A DNA stretch of 58,528 nt from Flectonema sp. DT1601 (taxonomy: Eukaryota). Each line of letters opens with the position of its first letter. Position 1 is the first letter of the stretch. Of the stretch, positions 35,124-45,873 are shown one piece after another. The DNA is taken from the NCBI GenBank assembly GCA_964019425.1, contig OZ025785.1, positions 1,674,001 through 1,732,528 of the forward strand, given 5' to 3'. The notes beneath the pieces were generated by a model. It was given only the letters and a program-made list of their open reading frames with translations, was not told the origin of the DNA and ran no database searches. Both the position numbers and the translations under genes were made by a program.

Positions 35124-38100
35124 CTTAGGGTACTCTCATGGAATATGAGAGCTTATAAAACATCGCGCTCACATCTTGATGCTATTATCGAAGCTCACGA
35201 CCCTGATATTATCCACCTCCAGGAAACTTGGTTGAAAGCAGATGTAACCGATGATCAACTTGGGATTACAGGATATTCATTATTCCGCCGCGATAGGTGC
35301 GACTCTTCTAAAATGGGAGGTGGTGGACTTCTTTCTTATTTCAAAAAGTCTCTTGGTACGGTCCAATTAGAAGTAGGTAAGCATCCATCCGCTGTTGAGG
35401 TTATCCATTGCAGTTTCTCGACTTCCATGGGCATATTTAGAACTTTTAATATTTACATCCCACCGAAGGTGTGCCAGCTGCCCTCTTCTATGTTTTTGGG
35501 GGATCTAGCAGTAGGTGATTTCAATGCACATCATGAATCTTGGTCGCGTCGAATTCCTAAGGGATGCGTCTCTTCAGGAAGGATAGTAAATGAATGGATT
35601 ATAAATAATGGATTAGCTATTGAACCTCTGGCTCCTTCTATTCCTGCTCATGGTACAACGCCCGATTTATTATTGCACTCGCCGCAGTTCAAGTGTCTGC
35701 GTTCGCTGCAGATTGATGCTGGGCAAGTTAATTCCGATCATACCCCAATTGTTGCAGATTTTAATGTGACTCCCCTCACTGTACCGGTAGCTATTCCGGC
35801 TCATCGTATATGGTTCAAAAACAGTTTTACGGAATCTCATTGGTCCTCCTTCTCCGCACAACTTGACTCCCATTGTTTTAGACTTAATAGGATACGATCT
35901 TTAAATAAACTCTGTGACAGTTTTGTTCGAACAATAGAATCTGTTGCGATTGATACTCTTCCAAATAAGTGGCACAAAGAATCTTTCCGGGTTAAACGCA
36001 AACATCGCCATTTGGACCCTGAACTTATTCTAATCGACGGTTGTAAGAAGGGCTTTAGCTGGACTTATAAGAAATTACGAGAACTGAAAGGAGAGTCAAC
36101 GGTTATTGAGACCCCGCAGGTGAACGTCGGAGCGCTCAAACGTCGCTTTTTCCCTGATTCTTCTGACAATCGTCCCTTGCTTATTCCGCATACTTCAAAG
36201 GTAGATTTTTCAGAACCCAGTTGCTCTCCTTTTACAATGGCAGAGGCCCAAGCAGTTTTTAATTCTTTGAAAAAGTCTGACGGCTCCGGTCCGGATTCTA
36301 TAAGTAACAACATGATTTATCATTTTGGAGATATGGCTAAGGAAGTTCTCCTACGTATTGCAAACTGGTCTTTCCAGAGAGGAACCTTCCCGAAATGTTT
36401 GAAAGTAGCACATGTTCTCCCTATTCTAAAAGGTAGCAAAAAGGACCCGACTGATGCCGCCTCCTATCGTCCTATCTCTTTGACCTCAGTAGTTGCTAAA
36501 TTCATTGAATCCCTTGTCCATTTTAGATTAGAACATCTGCTGATTTCTAAACTAGACCCTAAACAATCTGGGTTTGTTCCTGGTAGGTCAGCGGAGGAAA
36601 ATATAGCCGTTATGATCGAAGCTGCAGCTGAAGTTAAAAACAATTATGAGAAATGTGCAACGATGATTTTCTTCGATATCTCGGGTGCGTTTGATAATGT
36701 GGATCACCATATTCTAATGAGTAGGCTTACAACACTCATCCCAGTCCCTTATGTAAGGTGGATTGGTAATTTCCTCTCGGACCGAGTAGCGCATCTTCTC
36801 CACGGCCATAACCGTACAGGCCCGATTTCTTGCAAAAAGGGGGTCCCACAAGGCAGTATTCTAGGACCGCTCTTATTCCGTGTGTACGTGAACTCCCTAC
36901 CGGATGCCATCACAGCCGATTTAAAGCTGTTATACGCGGATGACTTGACAGTGTTTGTTAGTGGCTCTTCGGTTAGTGATTTGGAATCCAAGGCGAACAA
37001 TGCCATTGGACAAGTGGAGAACTGGCTCGCTGATTCAGCAATGTCCCTCTCTCTGAACAAGACTGAATTTTTGGCATTCGGAGGACGTTTCTCAGACAGA
37101 AGTATTTGTAGACTTCCAAGACTTTATTTTCCCTCTACGGTGGACGATATCGACCTTCCCCGTGGCTCTGCCGACTTCATCAGGATACATCAGGATGATG
37201 GTGCCGCAGCTCTGCTCAATTTCAAAACAGGACCGGTATACCCACTTGCAATTAATGGTAACTACCTTGAGACCCGCTCTCAACTTTCACAAAGGACGCC
37301 AAAGGGTTCTTTCGTTCTAAAGGCTGCAATCCCTCTAAGGCGTGTGTCGCAGTCGCGGTATCTTGGCATAATTATCGACGATGATTTATCTTTTACATCG
37401 CAGTTAGCTCACCTATCAAATACCCTAAAGCGGGGAATCGGCTTGATTTCGATAGTTTCATCTTTTAAAATCAAAACGGAAGTTCTCCGACAAACAATCT
37501 ATGGGCTGATCCTCTCTAGGGCCTATTACGGACTAGCTTCTTATGCACCCTATATCAAGCAGAATTCTTTGAAACTTATTGAGAATACACTTCGTTCACT
37601 TCAACTAAGACTGACGGGATGCTCCAAATCGACCTCCTCAACTGCATTATCGGTAGAATCTAGTATTCCCCCGTTCAAACTACACGTGGCTAAAGTCCTG
37701 GCTTTATCCTACGAACGTTTCCTGAGGCTCCCAGACGATTGCCCGACTCGGTCGTTGGTTCACCCTGAAAAGTCTAGCTCGTGGAAACTGTACGCAGAAC
37801 CCCATGCCAAGACTTATGTGACCCCTAATGAAAGATCAATGCTCTGCCTACCGCATCACCAGACTCCTTGGGGACCACCCCCGGATGTTATTATCAATTC
37901 CTGGGCAGATTTCCGTAAGTCCATGGACCCATGCAAGAATTTGTTAGCTGCACTTGGAAAAATTAAGACCCTCCCAATGTCAGTGGCCTCGCTGTATACA
38001 GATGCTTCCTACTTCCAAGATAAAGAAAGTAACTACCATTGTGGTAATGCAGCAGTTTTAATCTTTGGAAAGAGATGCATCAAAGAAATACATCGTTACG

Positions 38101-39152
38101 ACCCATCTTTGATGATTTATAATGCCGAGCAACAGGCTCTGTTATCAGCAGTGAATTTGATTGAAAAGTATTCGTCTTGCCTGCCAAGTGGGAGGATTAA
38201 TATAATCACGGATAGTCAGTCAGCACTTCGAAGTCTTGAGCGTGGACATCTGAAGCAACATTCAGCGACTAATGCCGAATTATTGAGGAGAATATCGCTG
38301 CTCCAGCGTCCGATCACCCTACAATTTGTCCCCTCACACTGTGGGATCATCGGAAATGAAATGGCCGATTCTCTCGCCAACAAAGCAGCGGCTTCTGCTA
38401 TTCCCTTAACAGTGGTCAAGTTTGACTACAGGATGACCCAATGTTCAGTGAATAATAAAATCCGAAGAAACTGGTACGAGCAGCGCAGTACGTCACATGT
38501 GCACTCTTTATCGACAATGGGCAGAGGTGCTCAACGCTTCCACCCGGATCTTAACCGTGAGGGAGAAATGCAAATCGCCCGCCTCAGGACTGGACACCAT
38601 CCGCTTGTGAAGCAACCAAGAAAGGGATTATCAAACTGTCTCTTCTGTAATAAAAGAGATACAGATACTCACCATTTACTATCGAAATGTCCGGAGACTA
38701 AGATGTTTGTTCAAATTCACTTCCCACAGATGGTATTTAATGATCAAGATGAGGATGTGGGTCAACATCTACACAAGTTTTTTGCTACTGAAAACCAGTT
38801 GGCTCTCATATCGCTCTTGAATGACCTCCGGAGCCTACACGACAGCTTCCCGTTACGTCGAGCGGTCCCTCGACAACGCCTTGTCAAATATTTGTCCGTT
38901 CATTCCACTGTTACCACACTTGATTCGAAGTGTAAGGAGGAAGTCAGAAAACTGATCTCAGAAGTTTATAACGCAAATGAAATCGAAAAAGTCTACGACC
39001 ATTTGTGGGACTTGGAGTTATACTGTTTCTTGAATTCGGATAAAAACAAAAACCAACATTTTAATTCATTCCTGGAGAAGATTAGGTCTTCTAAATTTAC
39101 TCGGATCGATCCAGTGTGGTTCGATTCAAATAAATGGCTGCTGCCAACCTAG
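35121..39152 (+). CDS. LINE ORF2/Pol: AP endonuclease, reverse transcriptase, RNase H, CCHC zinc finger (first ATG 35145; frame open from 35028; predicted 2A-released N-terminus at Pro 35121)
   Basis: APE motifs: LRVLSWN, LQETWL, NIYIPP, GDFNAHH, SDHTPI. RT motifs: YRPISLTS, QSGF, FFDISGAFDNV, GVPQGSILGP, YADD (36933-36944), YLGI. RNase H motifs: YTDAS, AEQQA, ITDSQSA, VPSHCGIIGNEMAD. Also IARLRTGH and C-x2-C-x8-H-x4-C (38637-38690). Confidence 0.95.
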   Translation, partial: PLRVLSWNMRAYKTSRSHLDAIIEAHDPDIIHLQETWLKADVTDDQLGITGYSLFRRDRCDSSKMGGGGLLSYFKKSLGTVQLEVGKHPSAVEVIHCSFSTSMGIFRTFNIYIPPKVCQLPSSMFLGDLAVGDFNAHHESWSRRIPKGCVSSGRIVNEWIINNGLAIEPLAPSIPAHGTTPDLLLHSPQFKCLRSLQIDAGQVNSDHTPIVADFNVTPLTVPVAIPAHRIWFKNSFTESHWSSFSAQLDSHCFRLNRIRSLNKLCDSFVRTIESVAIDTLPNKWHKESFRVKRKHRHLDPELILIDGCKKGFSWTYKKLRELKGESTVIETPQVNVGALKRRFFPDSSDNRPLLIPHTSKVDFSEPSCSPFTMAEAQAVFNSLKKSDGSGPDSISNNMIYHFGDMAKEVLLRIANWSFQRGTFPKCLKVAHVLPILKGSKKDPTDAASYRPISLTSVVAKFIESLVHFRLEHLLISKLDPKQSGFVPGRSAEENIAVMIEAAAEVKNNYEKCATMIFFDISGAFDNVDHHILMSRLTTLIPVPYVRWIGNFLSDRVAHLLHGHNRTGPISCKKGVPQGSILGPLLFRVYVNSLPDAITADLKLLYADDLTVFVSGSSVSDLESKANNAIGQVENWLADSAMSLSLNKTEFLAFGGRFSDRSICRLPRLYFPSTVDDIDLPRGSADFIRIHQDDGAAALLNFKTGPVYPLAINGNYLETRSQLSQRTPKGSFVLKAAIPLRRVSQSRYLGIIIDDDLSFTSQLAHLSNTLKRGIGLISIVSSFKIKTEVLRQTIYGLILSRAYYGLASYAPYIKQNSLKLIENTLRSLQLRLTGCSKSTSSTALSVESSIPPFKLHVAKVLALSYERFLRLPDDCPTRSLVHPEKSSSWKLYAEPHAKTYVTPNERSMLCLPHHQTPWGPPPDVIINSWADFRKSMDPCKNLLAALGKIKTLPMSVASLYTDASYFQDKESNYHCGNAAVLIFGKRCIKEIHRYDPSLMIYNAEQQALLSAVNLIEKYSSCLPSGRINIITDSQSALRSLERGHLKQHSATNAELLRRISLLQRPITLQFVPSHCGIIGNEMADSLANKAAASAIPLTVVKFDYRMTQCSVNNKIRRNWYEQRSTSHVHSLSTMGRGAQRFHPDLNREGEMQIARLRTGHHPLVKQPRKGLSNCLFCNKRDTDTHHLLSKCPETKMFVQIHFPQMVFNDQDEDVGQHLHKFFATENQLALISLLNDLRSLHDSFPLRRAVPRQRLVKYLSVHSTVTTLDSKCKEEVRKLISEVYNANEIEKVYDHLWDLELYCFLNSDKNKNQHFNSFLEKIRSSKFTRIDPVWFDSNKWLLPT

Positions 39153-39315
39153 CGTTAATTGTTAATGCTCTACGAGTGCTTTAGTATATTATCAGTGTAA
39201 TTGTTCTATCCCGTTTTAATTTTGATGATTTTTATTTATTTATTATTAATTTTTTTTATTTTATTTTATTTTATTTTTATTTTTATTTCTTTTATTTTAG
39301 TTCGATAGTTTAATA

Positions 39316-39461
39316 AGCTAGGCGAGGCGGAAAGCTGGAGATTGGTATTTATTAATCTTCAGTCGATGCTACTTCAACAATCCATGCGAAATCTTCGGAT
39401 ATGGCTACGGATTGGGTCCTCTGTTACTGTGAGTTACCTAGCACTCATAATATACAGTAAC
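39316..39461 (+). other. Structured LINE 3' UTR (several stem-loops)
   Basis: CTGGAGATTGGT/ATTAATCTTCAG (39335-39362); CAATCC/GGATTG (39378-39414) enclosing ATC-TTCG-GAT; GTTACTGT-GAGT/ACTC-ACAGTAAC (39423-39461). Confidence 0.6.
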
Positions 39462-39472
39462 GTTGGATTAAA

Positions 39473-39493
39473 TAACTAACTAACTAACTAACT
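39473..39493 (+). repeat. (TAAC)5 3' tail of the LINE
   Basis: TAACTAACTAACTAACTAACT immediately before the right TSD. Confidence 0.9.
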
Positions 39494-40921
39494 AGTTCCT
39501 CTGCGAAGTCGCGGAGGGGTATGAGGAAAATGATAAATGTGATGATGATGATGAAAATGATGGGTTTTTCTTGAAAACATGTGTATTCCCTGCTTCTGTG
39601 GGTGTTTGCTTTGTTTTCTTCCCTTTCCGTTGAATATTAATTTACACTATTCTTTTCCTTTTTCCTTTTTCCTTTTATTTTTCTTTCTTGTGGGTTGTTG
39701 TTGTTATTGTTAACATTATAGTGCACAACACAACACAACCCACAAAAACACATGCTCTCTCTCCTTCCTGTCTTCTTCTTCTTCATGTCTTCTCATGTAT
39801 GTTGAAGTGTTAGGTTGGAGGGAAATCACCATCTGGCTTCTCGTTCTTCGTTTCCTCCGTTTTCGGAGTGGTTGAAGGAGAGGCGATTAATCCTTTTTTT
39901 AGGCTAATGTCCTTGTTTTGAGTTCTGTTTTGTTTTGTTTTTTTAGTTTTTTTTATTTTCATCAGTTCAGTTTATATCGAATATTTGATTGTTAGTTTTT
40001 GAGAAGTAAATGTGTTTTGAGTGATCTCCGTTGAAGATAGAGATCGTTGTAAAAGTGTTTTCTTTTTTTGTTTATTTTACCGTTGATGTGCCTTTCTTGG
40101 ACAGCTTCGGGTGCATACAACCGACTCCTTCATTTTTTAATCTTCTTCAGCAATACCCTTCCTTTTGTTTTTTAATTGTAGCCTTACATTATCATTACAC
40201 CAACCTCCCCAGTTGAAGCATTGCAATTTTTAATTTCCAAAAGAATATCTGAATCTGTGAAAGTGTGTTGGGTCCTTTTTTGTTTTTATTTTTATTTTTA
40301 TTTTAATTCCATCTCTTTTTTCCTTCAACCGTTTATCCTCGTTTTTCTCTTTTCGAGTACAGGATAAAGAAGGAAGTGAAGTGATGGCGATGAGGCAAGG
40401 AATAAAGTGTTTTTCTTAAAAAAAAATAAAAATAAGGCAAGTAACATGGGGGAAACTTTCCCTGTGTAATCTTCAAAAAAATAAAAAAAAAATAAAAAAA
40501 AGGGGTTCCACTCCCCGCTAATCAAAAAAAAAACAAACAAATACATACATACATACGTACATAAATAAAAAAAAACAACCAAGAAAAATAAAAATAATAA
40601 TAACAAACAAAAAAATATAAATAGCAGGGGAACCTCCCTGTGAAAATAAAATAAAAAAAAAATACAAAAAAAGGGTTCCACTTCCCTAATAATTGATGTG
40701 TCTCAAAACGTTTGTTGATGTTGTTCAGATTATTGTCTTCTACAGGTTCAGGAAATTTAATGAAAGCCACAAGATGGAGAACAGCAGGGAGGAGGGGGTT
40801 CGTTGGGGGGAATAATGTGTTTTGTTTTATTGGGACCCTGAGTACGAGTGATTGGTGTATTGTTGTAATTATCTTTTTTATTTCCACAGGCAGCCGTATC
40901 GAAAAGTTCTAAACCTAAATC

Positions 40922-41854
40922 ATGTTCTGGACAACGTTAACGCCGTGGGAGTCCGAGGAGGAGATCCAACGCGGTGTTGGGAATGAGAGTGGGAGAGGCA
41001 CCAGTAAGCACGGTGCCTCTCCCAGAAGGGAGCATCAGAGACGGAGAGAGTCTCAGGAGAGGGAACGAAGGGACTTGCTTCGGGGAGTGAAGGACGCGAT
41101 TCGTGTTTCGGAAGATCGGGAGCAGCCGGAGGAGCAGCCATCGTTGGTGCAGCCACTACTACTACCACAAGAACAAGAAGAACATCAACAGCTACAGCAT
41201 CAACAGCAGCAGCCGTCACTACCACTACCGACGTTATATCGACCAACGCAGCAGGGGGCGACTTCGACATTACAACATCAGCAACCTCAGCAAGAACAAC
41301 GTAGAGGGCAACAACTGCAGCAAGAACAACAACAACAACAACCACTACTACTTCAGCATTCAGTACCTCAGCCGCTCACATCACAGCGTGTTTGGGGCGA
41401 ACCACTGGCACAACCACAACCACAACCACAACCACAAGTACGTGCATTGTCGCTGAGCCATCCACAAGCGATGATGCCAAACAGACAACCGCGGAGTTCA
41501 TTCCGAGACCGGATGACCACCGACGCACCAACGGATGGCGACTTCTTCGTGAGACAGCTTTGTGCATGTCTTCTCGCGACAGTTATTTTGTTGTTATGTG
41601 TTGTTTATTTTGCTCGTGCGAACCCCAAAGTCGTTGAAGGATTCGGGGCTTTTTTTTCCGTTTTTCTTTTCGTAGCGAAATTGTACATTTCTCTTTTCCC
41701 TCCTCCTGTACTGATCATTGCGGTGATCAGTAGTTGGTACACGTCTACCGATTGGAAGGAATTTTTGTTTCGCTTGTGTACTTTTCCCATCCAGGTAGTC
41801 GTCTACCTGGGGGGAGTAAGTGGATTGCTGGGAAGTCGCCAGGTTAAGAAATGA
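40922..41854 (+). CDS. Hypothetical 310-aa Q-rich membrane protein, copy 9 (unit carrying the LINE upstream)
   Basis: Translation identical to copy 1. Confidence 0.7.
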   Translation: MFWTTLTPWESEEEIQRGVGNESGRGTSKHGASPRREHQRRRESQERERRDLLRGVKDAIRVSEDREQPEEQPSLVQPLLLPQEQEEHQQLQHQQQQPSLPLPTLYRPTQQGATSTLQHQQPQQEQRRGQQLQQEQQQQQPLLLQHSVPQPLTSQRVWGEPLAQPQPQPQPQVRALSLSHPQAMMPNRQPRSSFRDRMTTDAPTDGDFFVRQLCACLLATVILLLCVVYFARANPKVVEGFGAFFSVFLFVAKLYISLFPPPVLIIAVISSWYTSTDWKEFLFRLCTFPIQVVVYLGGVSGLLGSRQVKK

Positions 41855-44800
41855 TCTGAACCATCTCCACCTTGGGTTCGAATTGTTTTTGGATCGACTT
41901 TTCATCTTCTTCATCTTGTTGTTGTTTTTTTGATATTCCCTTCGTTTGTGTTGCTCTCGTCACTCATTGGCTCTTGTTATGCCAGAACATTAAAAAAAAA
42001 AAAAAAAAAAAAAAAGAAGTATTAATCGACTTGTTTTTCAGTTCTTTTTAATTTTTATATAAACATTGCACGCAGGGATTGCTCGGAGTAACTTCACCCA
42101 TTTGAAAATCTCCTGGCAACCCCTGCGTGCATTGGGGTTTTGGGGTTCTTTTTTCTTTTGTACAAATAACCGGAAGTCATTTTCACCTAATTTAATATCT
42201 TCCGGGTACTGCTTTAATTTGTTCTGTTTTGTTAATTTTCTTGAAAAGAATACTTGCCCTCCATAATAGCGACTGTACTTCCTGTCTCGATCGTCCAATC
42301 CCACACCCAAACCCATAGCCACCAAAAAAAATAAACAAATAAATAATAGTAATTAAAAAAAAAAAAAACTTCACCGACCATTCTTCATGTTTTTTCTCAA
42401 TTTCGCACATCCCAATCTCTGCCCCTCTTTTTTCAGGTGTACAGTCGCTGAATGAATATTAGTGTCTTGCCTTTTCCTTTTTTTTAATTTTAATTTTAAT
42501 TTTAATTTTTTGTTTTTTTTCAACACACTCGCAAGTAAAAACCCTTCTTCCCTTTCCTCATCGTTGAGTAACTTTTCACACTCACTCACCGTTTTAATCT
42601 CATTAGGGTGGAGGGGGGAATACTTGCACGGAGAGTTTACCTTGATATTCATTTTAGTTTTTACACGCAATGCTTCACTTTTCTTAATTGGGTGGTTGTG
42701 TATGTTTTTTTCTCGTAAGGTTGGAAAGAAAGGAAATTGTCCGATTTTCCGTCGGTTGGTGTGTCTGTGGAAAGATTTGTTTTGTTGGAGGAGGTTGTAT
42801 GTTTCCTTTTCTGGTTTTCTGGTTTTCTGGTTTTCTTTTTTTTTTTTTTTTTTGTGAGATGTGGTTTTTAGGATGTTTATTTATCTTTTTTTTTTTTTTG
42901 GGTGTCCTTGTGTTGGATTCCAAAATGCAAATTAAGTAAAATAAAATAAAATGAATTCCTTTTTCTTTCTTTCTTCTTCATTCTAATCAGTCCAGTGACC
43001 GTTGGTCCTGTCTTGATTAGTTTTGTGGTTGTCAGAAAGAAGTGACCGTGTTCCCTTTTGCCCCCGTGTTGCGGGAGGTTTGTTTCTGTTTTATATTTTT
43101 GGGAAAAAGAGATGAAACCTAAGCTGTGGCAGCGACCTTTTTCTTTTCTTCAATTTGATTCTTTCATTTTGACTTCTGTTTGTGTGATGTGTCACAACAA
43201 CTGAGAGGAGCCAACCTGTCAGTGTTGTTGTGTATTCCGCAGACGGATTCGATTCCATCTCATTTTGGAGATGAGAGAGATGGGAGTCGATTATATTTAT
43301 TTGGGTCTGCTGTTAGCACAGTTGTACTCTTTTTGTGATTTCATGTATCTTGTTGGTCATGTCTGCTTTGCTTGGTTTCATCTGCTTCTGCGCGGTCCGA
43401 ATTCAAGACTGCTGCTTGTTGGGTTTAGAGCAGTGGGTCTAATTAATAGTTGATAATAACTTGTTGAATGTGTGTTCCCATTATTTATTATCATCATCAT
43501 CGTTCTTCCCTCAGTTCCTCTGCGAAGTCGCGGAGGGGTATGAGGAAAATGATAAATGTGATGATGATGATGAAAATGATGGGTTTTTCTTGAAAACATG
43601 TGTATTCCCTGCTTCTGTGGGTGTTTGCTTTGTTTTCTTCCCTTTCCGTTGAATATTAATTTACACTATTCTTTTCCTTTTTCCTTTTTCCTTTTATTTT
43701 TCTTTCTTGTGGGTTGTTGTTGTTATTGTTAACATTATAGTGCACAACACAACACAACCCACAAAAACACATGCTCTCTCTCCTTCCTGTCTTCTTCTTC
43801 TTCATGTCTTCTCATGTATGTTGAAGTGTTAGGTTGGAGGGAAATCACCATCTGGCTTCTCGTTCTTCGTTTCCTCCGTTTTCGGAGTGGTTGAAGGAGA
43901 GGCGATTAATCCTTTTTTTAGGCTAATGTCCTTGTTTTGAGTTCTGTTTTGTTTTGTTTTTTTAGTTTTTTTTATTTTCATCAGTTCAGTTTATATCGAA
44001 TATTTGATTGTTAGTTTTTGAGAAGTAAATGTGTTTTGAGTGATCTCCGTTGAAGATAGAGATCGTTGTAAAAGTGTTTTCTTTTTTTGTTTATTTTACC
44101 GTTGATGTGCCTTTCTTGGACAGCTTCGGGTGCATACAACCGACTCCTTCATTTTTTAATCTTCTTCAGCAATACCCTTCCTTTTGTTTTTTAATTGTAG
44201 CCTTACATTATCATTACACCAACCTCCCCAGTTGAAGCATTGCAATTTTTAATTTCCAAAAGAATATCTGAATCTGTGAAAGTGTGTTGGGTCCTTTTTT
44301 GTTTTTATTTTTATTTTTATTTTAATTCCATCTCTTTTTTCCTTCAACCGTTTATCCTCGTTTTTCTCTTTTCGAGTACAGGATAAAGAAGGAAGTGAAG
44401 TGATGGCGATGAGGCAAGGAATAAAGTGTTTTTCTTAAAAAAAAATAAAAATAAGGCAAGTAACATGGGGGAAACTTTCCCTGTGTAATCTTCAAAAAAA
44501 TAAAAAAAAAATAAAAAAAAGGGGTTCCACTCCCCGCTAATCAAAAAAAAAACAAACAAATACATACATACATACGTACATAAATAAAAAAAAACAACCA
44601 AGAAAAATAAAAATAATAATAACAAACAAAAAAATATAAATAGCAGGGGAACCTCCCTGTGAAAATAAAATAAAAAAAAAATACAAAAAAAGGGTTCCAC
44701 TTCCCTAATAATTGATGTGTCTCAAAACGTTTGTTGATGTTGTTCAGATTATTGTCTTCTACAGGTTCAGGAAATTTAATGAAAGCCACAAGATGGAGAA

Positions 44801-44940
44801 CAGCAGGGAGGAGGGGGTTCGTTGGGGGGAATAATGTGTTTTGTTTTATTGGGACCCTGAGTACGAGTGATTGGTGTATTGTTGTAATTATCTTTTTTAT
44901 TTCCACAGGCAGCCGTATCGAAAAGTTCTAAACCTAAATC

Positions 44941-45873
44941 ATGTTCTGGACAACGTTAACGCCGTGGGAGTCCGAGGAGGAGATCCAACGCGGTGTTGGG
45001 AATGAGAGTGGGAGAGGCACCAGTAAGCACGGTGCCTCTCCCAGAAGGGAGCATCAGAGACGGAGAGAGTCTCAGGAGAGGGAACGAAGGGACTTGCTTC
45101 GGGGAGTGAAGGACGCGATTCGTGTTTCGGAAGATCGGGAGCAGCCGGAGGAGCAGCCATCGTTGGTGCAGCCACTACTACTACCACAAGAACAAGAAGA
45201 ACATCAACAGCTACAGCATCAACAGCAGCAGCCGTCACTACCACTACCGACGTTATATCGACCAACGCAGCAGGGGGCGACTTCGACATTACAACATCAG
45301 CAACCTCAGCAAGAACAACGTAGAGGGCAACAACTGCAGCAAGAACAACAACAACAACAACCACTACTACTTCAGCATTCAGTACCTCAGCCGCTCACAT
45401 CACAGCGTGTTTGGGGCGAACCACTGGCACAACCACAACCACAACCACAACCACAAGTACGTGCATTGTCGCTGAGCCATCCACAAGCGATGATGCCAAA
45501 CAGACAACCGCGGAGTTCATTCCGAGACCGGATGACCACCGACGCACCAACGGATGGCGACTTCTTCGTGAGACAGCTTTGTGCATGTCTTCTCGCGACA
45601 GTTATTTTGTTGTTATGTGTTGTTTATTTTGCTCGTGCGAACCCCAAAGTCGTTGAAGGATTCGGGGCTTTTTTTTCCGTTTTTCTTTTCGTAGCGAAAT
45701 TGTACATTTCTCTTTTCCCTCCTCCTGTACTGATCATTGCGGTGATCAGTAGTTGGTACACGTCTACCGATTGGAAGGAATTTTTGTTTCGCTTGTGTAC
45801 TTTTCCCATCCAGGTAGTCGTCTACCTGGGGGGAGTAAGTGGATTGCTGGGAAGTCGCCAGGTTAAGAAATGA
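44941..45873 (+). CDS. Hypothetical 310-aa Q-rich membrane protein, copy 10
   Basis: Translation identical to copy 1. Confidence 0.7.
   Translation: MFWTTLTPWESEEEIQRGVGNESGRGTSKHGASPRREHQRRRESQERERRDLLRGVKDAIRVSEDREQPEEQPSLVQPLLLPQEQEEHQQLQHQQQQPSLPLPTLYRPTQQGATSTLQHQQPQQEQRRGQQLQQEQQQQQPLLLQHSVPQPLTSQRVWGEPLAQPQPQPQPQVRALSLSHPQAMMPNRQPRSSFRDRMTTDAPTDGDFFVRQLCACLLATVILLLCVVYFARANPKVVEGFGAFFSVFLFVAKLYISLFPPPVLIIAVISSWYTSTDWKEFLFRLCTFPIQVVVYLGGVSGLLGSRQVKK

Larger units (their letters stand above)
33280..39493 (+). mobile_element. Non-LTR retrotransposon (LINE), APE-type with RNase H, I/Ingi-like group, ~6.2 kb, apparently intact
   Basis: Interrupts the unit sequence CCCTCAGTTC|CTCTGCG. AGTTC is duplicated at 33275-33279 and 39494-39498, and the unit spacing rises by exactly 6219 (6214+5). 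It has two long ORFs and a (TAAC)5 tail. Both ends are ambiguous by 1-2 nt through possible microhomology. Confidence 0.96.

Noticed and set aside
33273..38419. Short antisense and alternate-frame ORFs within the LINE
   Set aside because: 60-103 aa, no motifs, and overlapping well-supported ORFs.
39471..39493. AACTAAC resembles the start of the kinetoplastid spliced leader, suggesting an SL-RNA array with a CRE/SLACS-type element
   Set aside because: It is only the (TAAC)n tail. I found no SL exon core in the unit, and the element has an APE rather than a restriction-like endonuclease.
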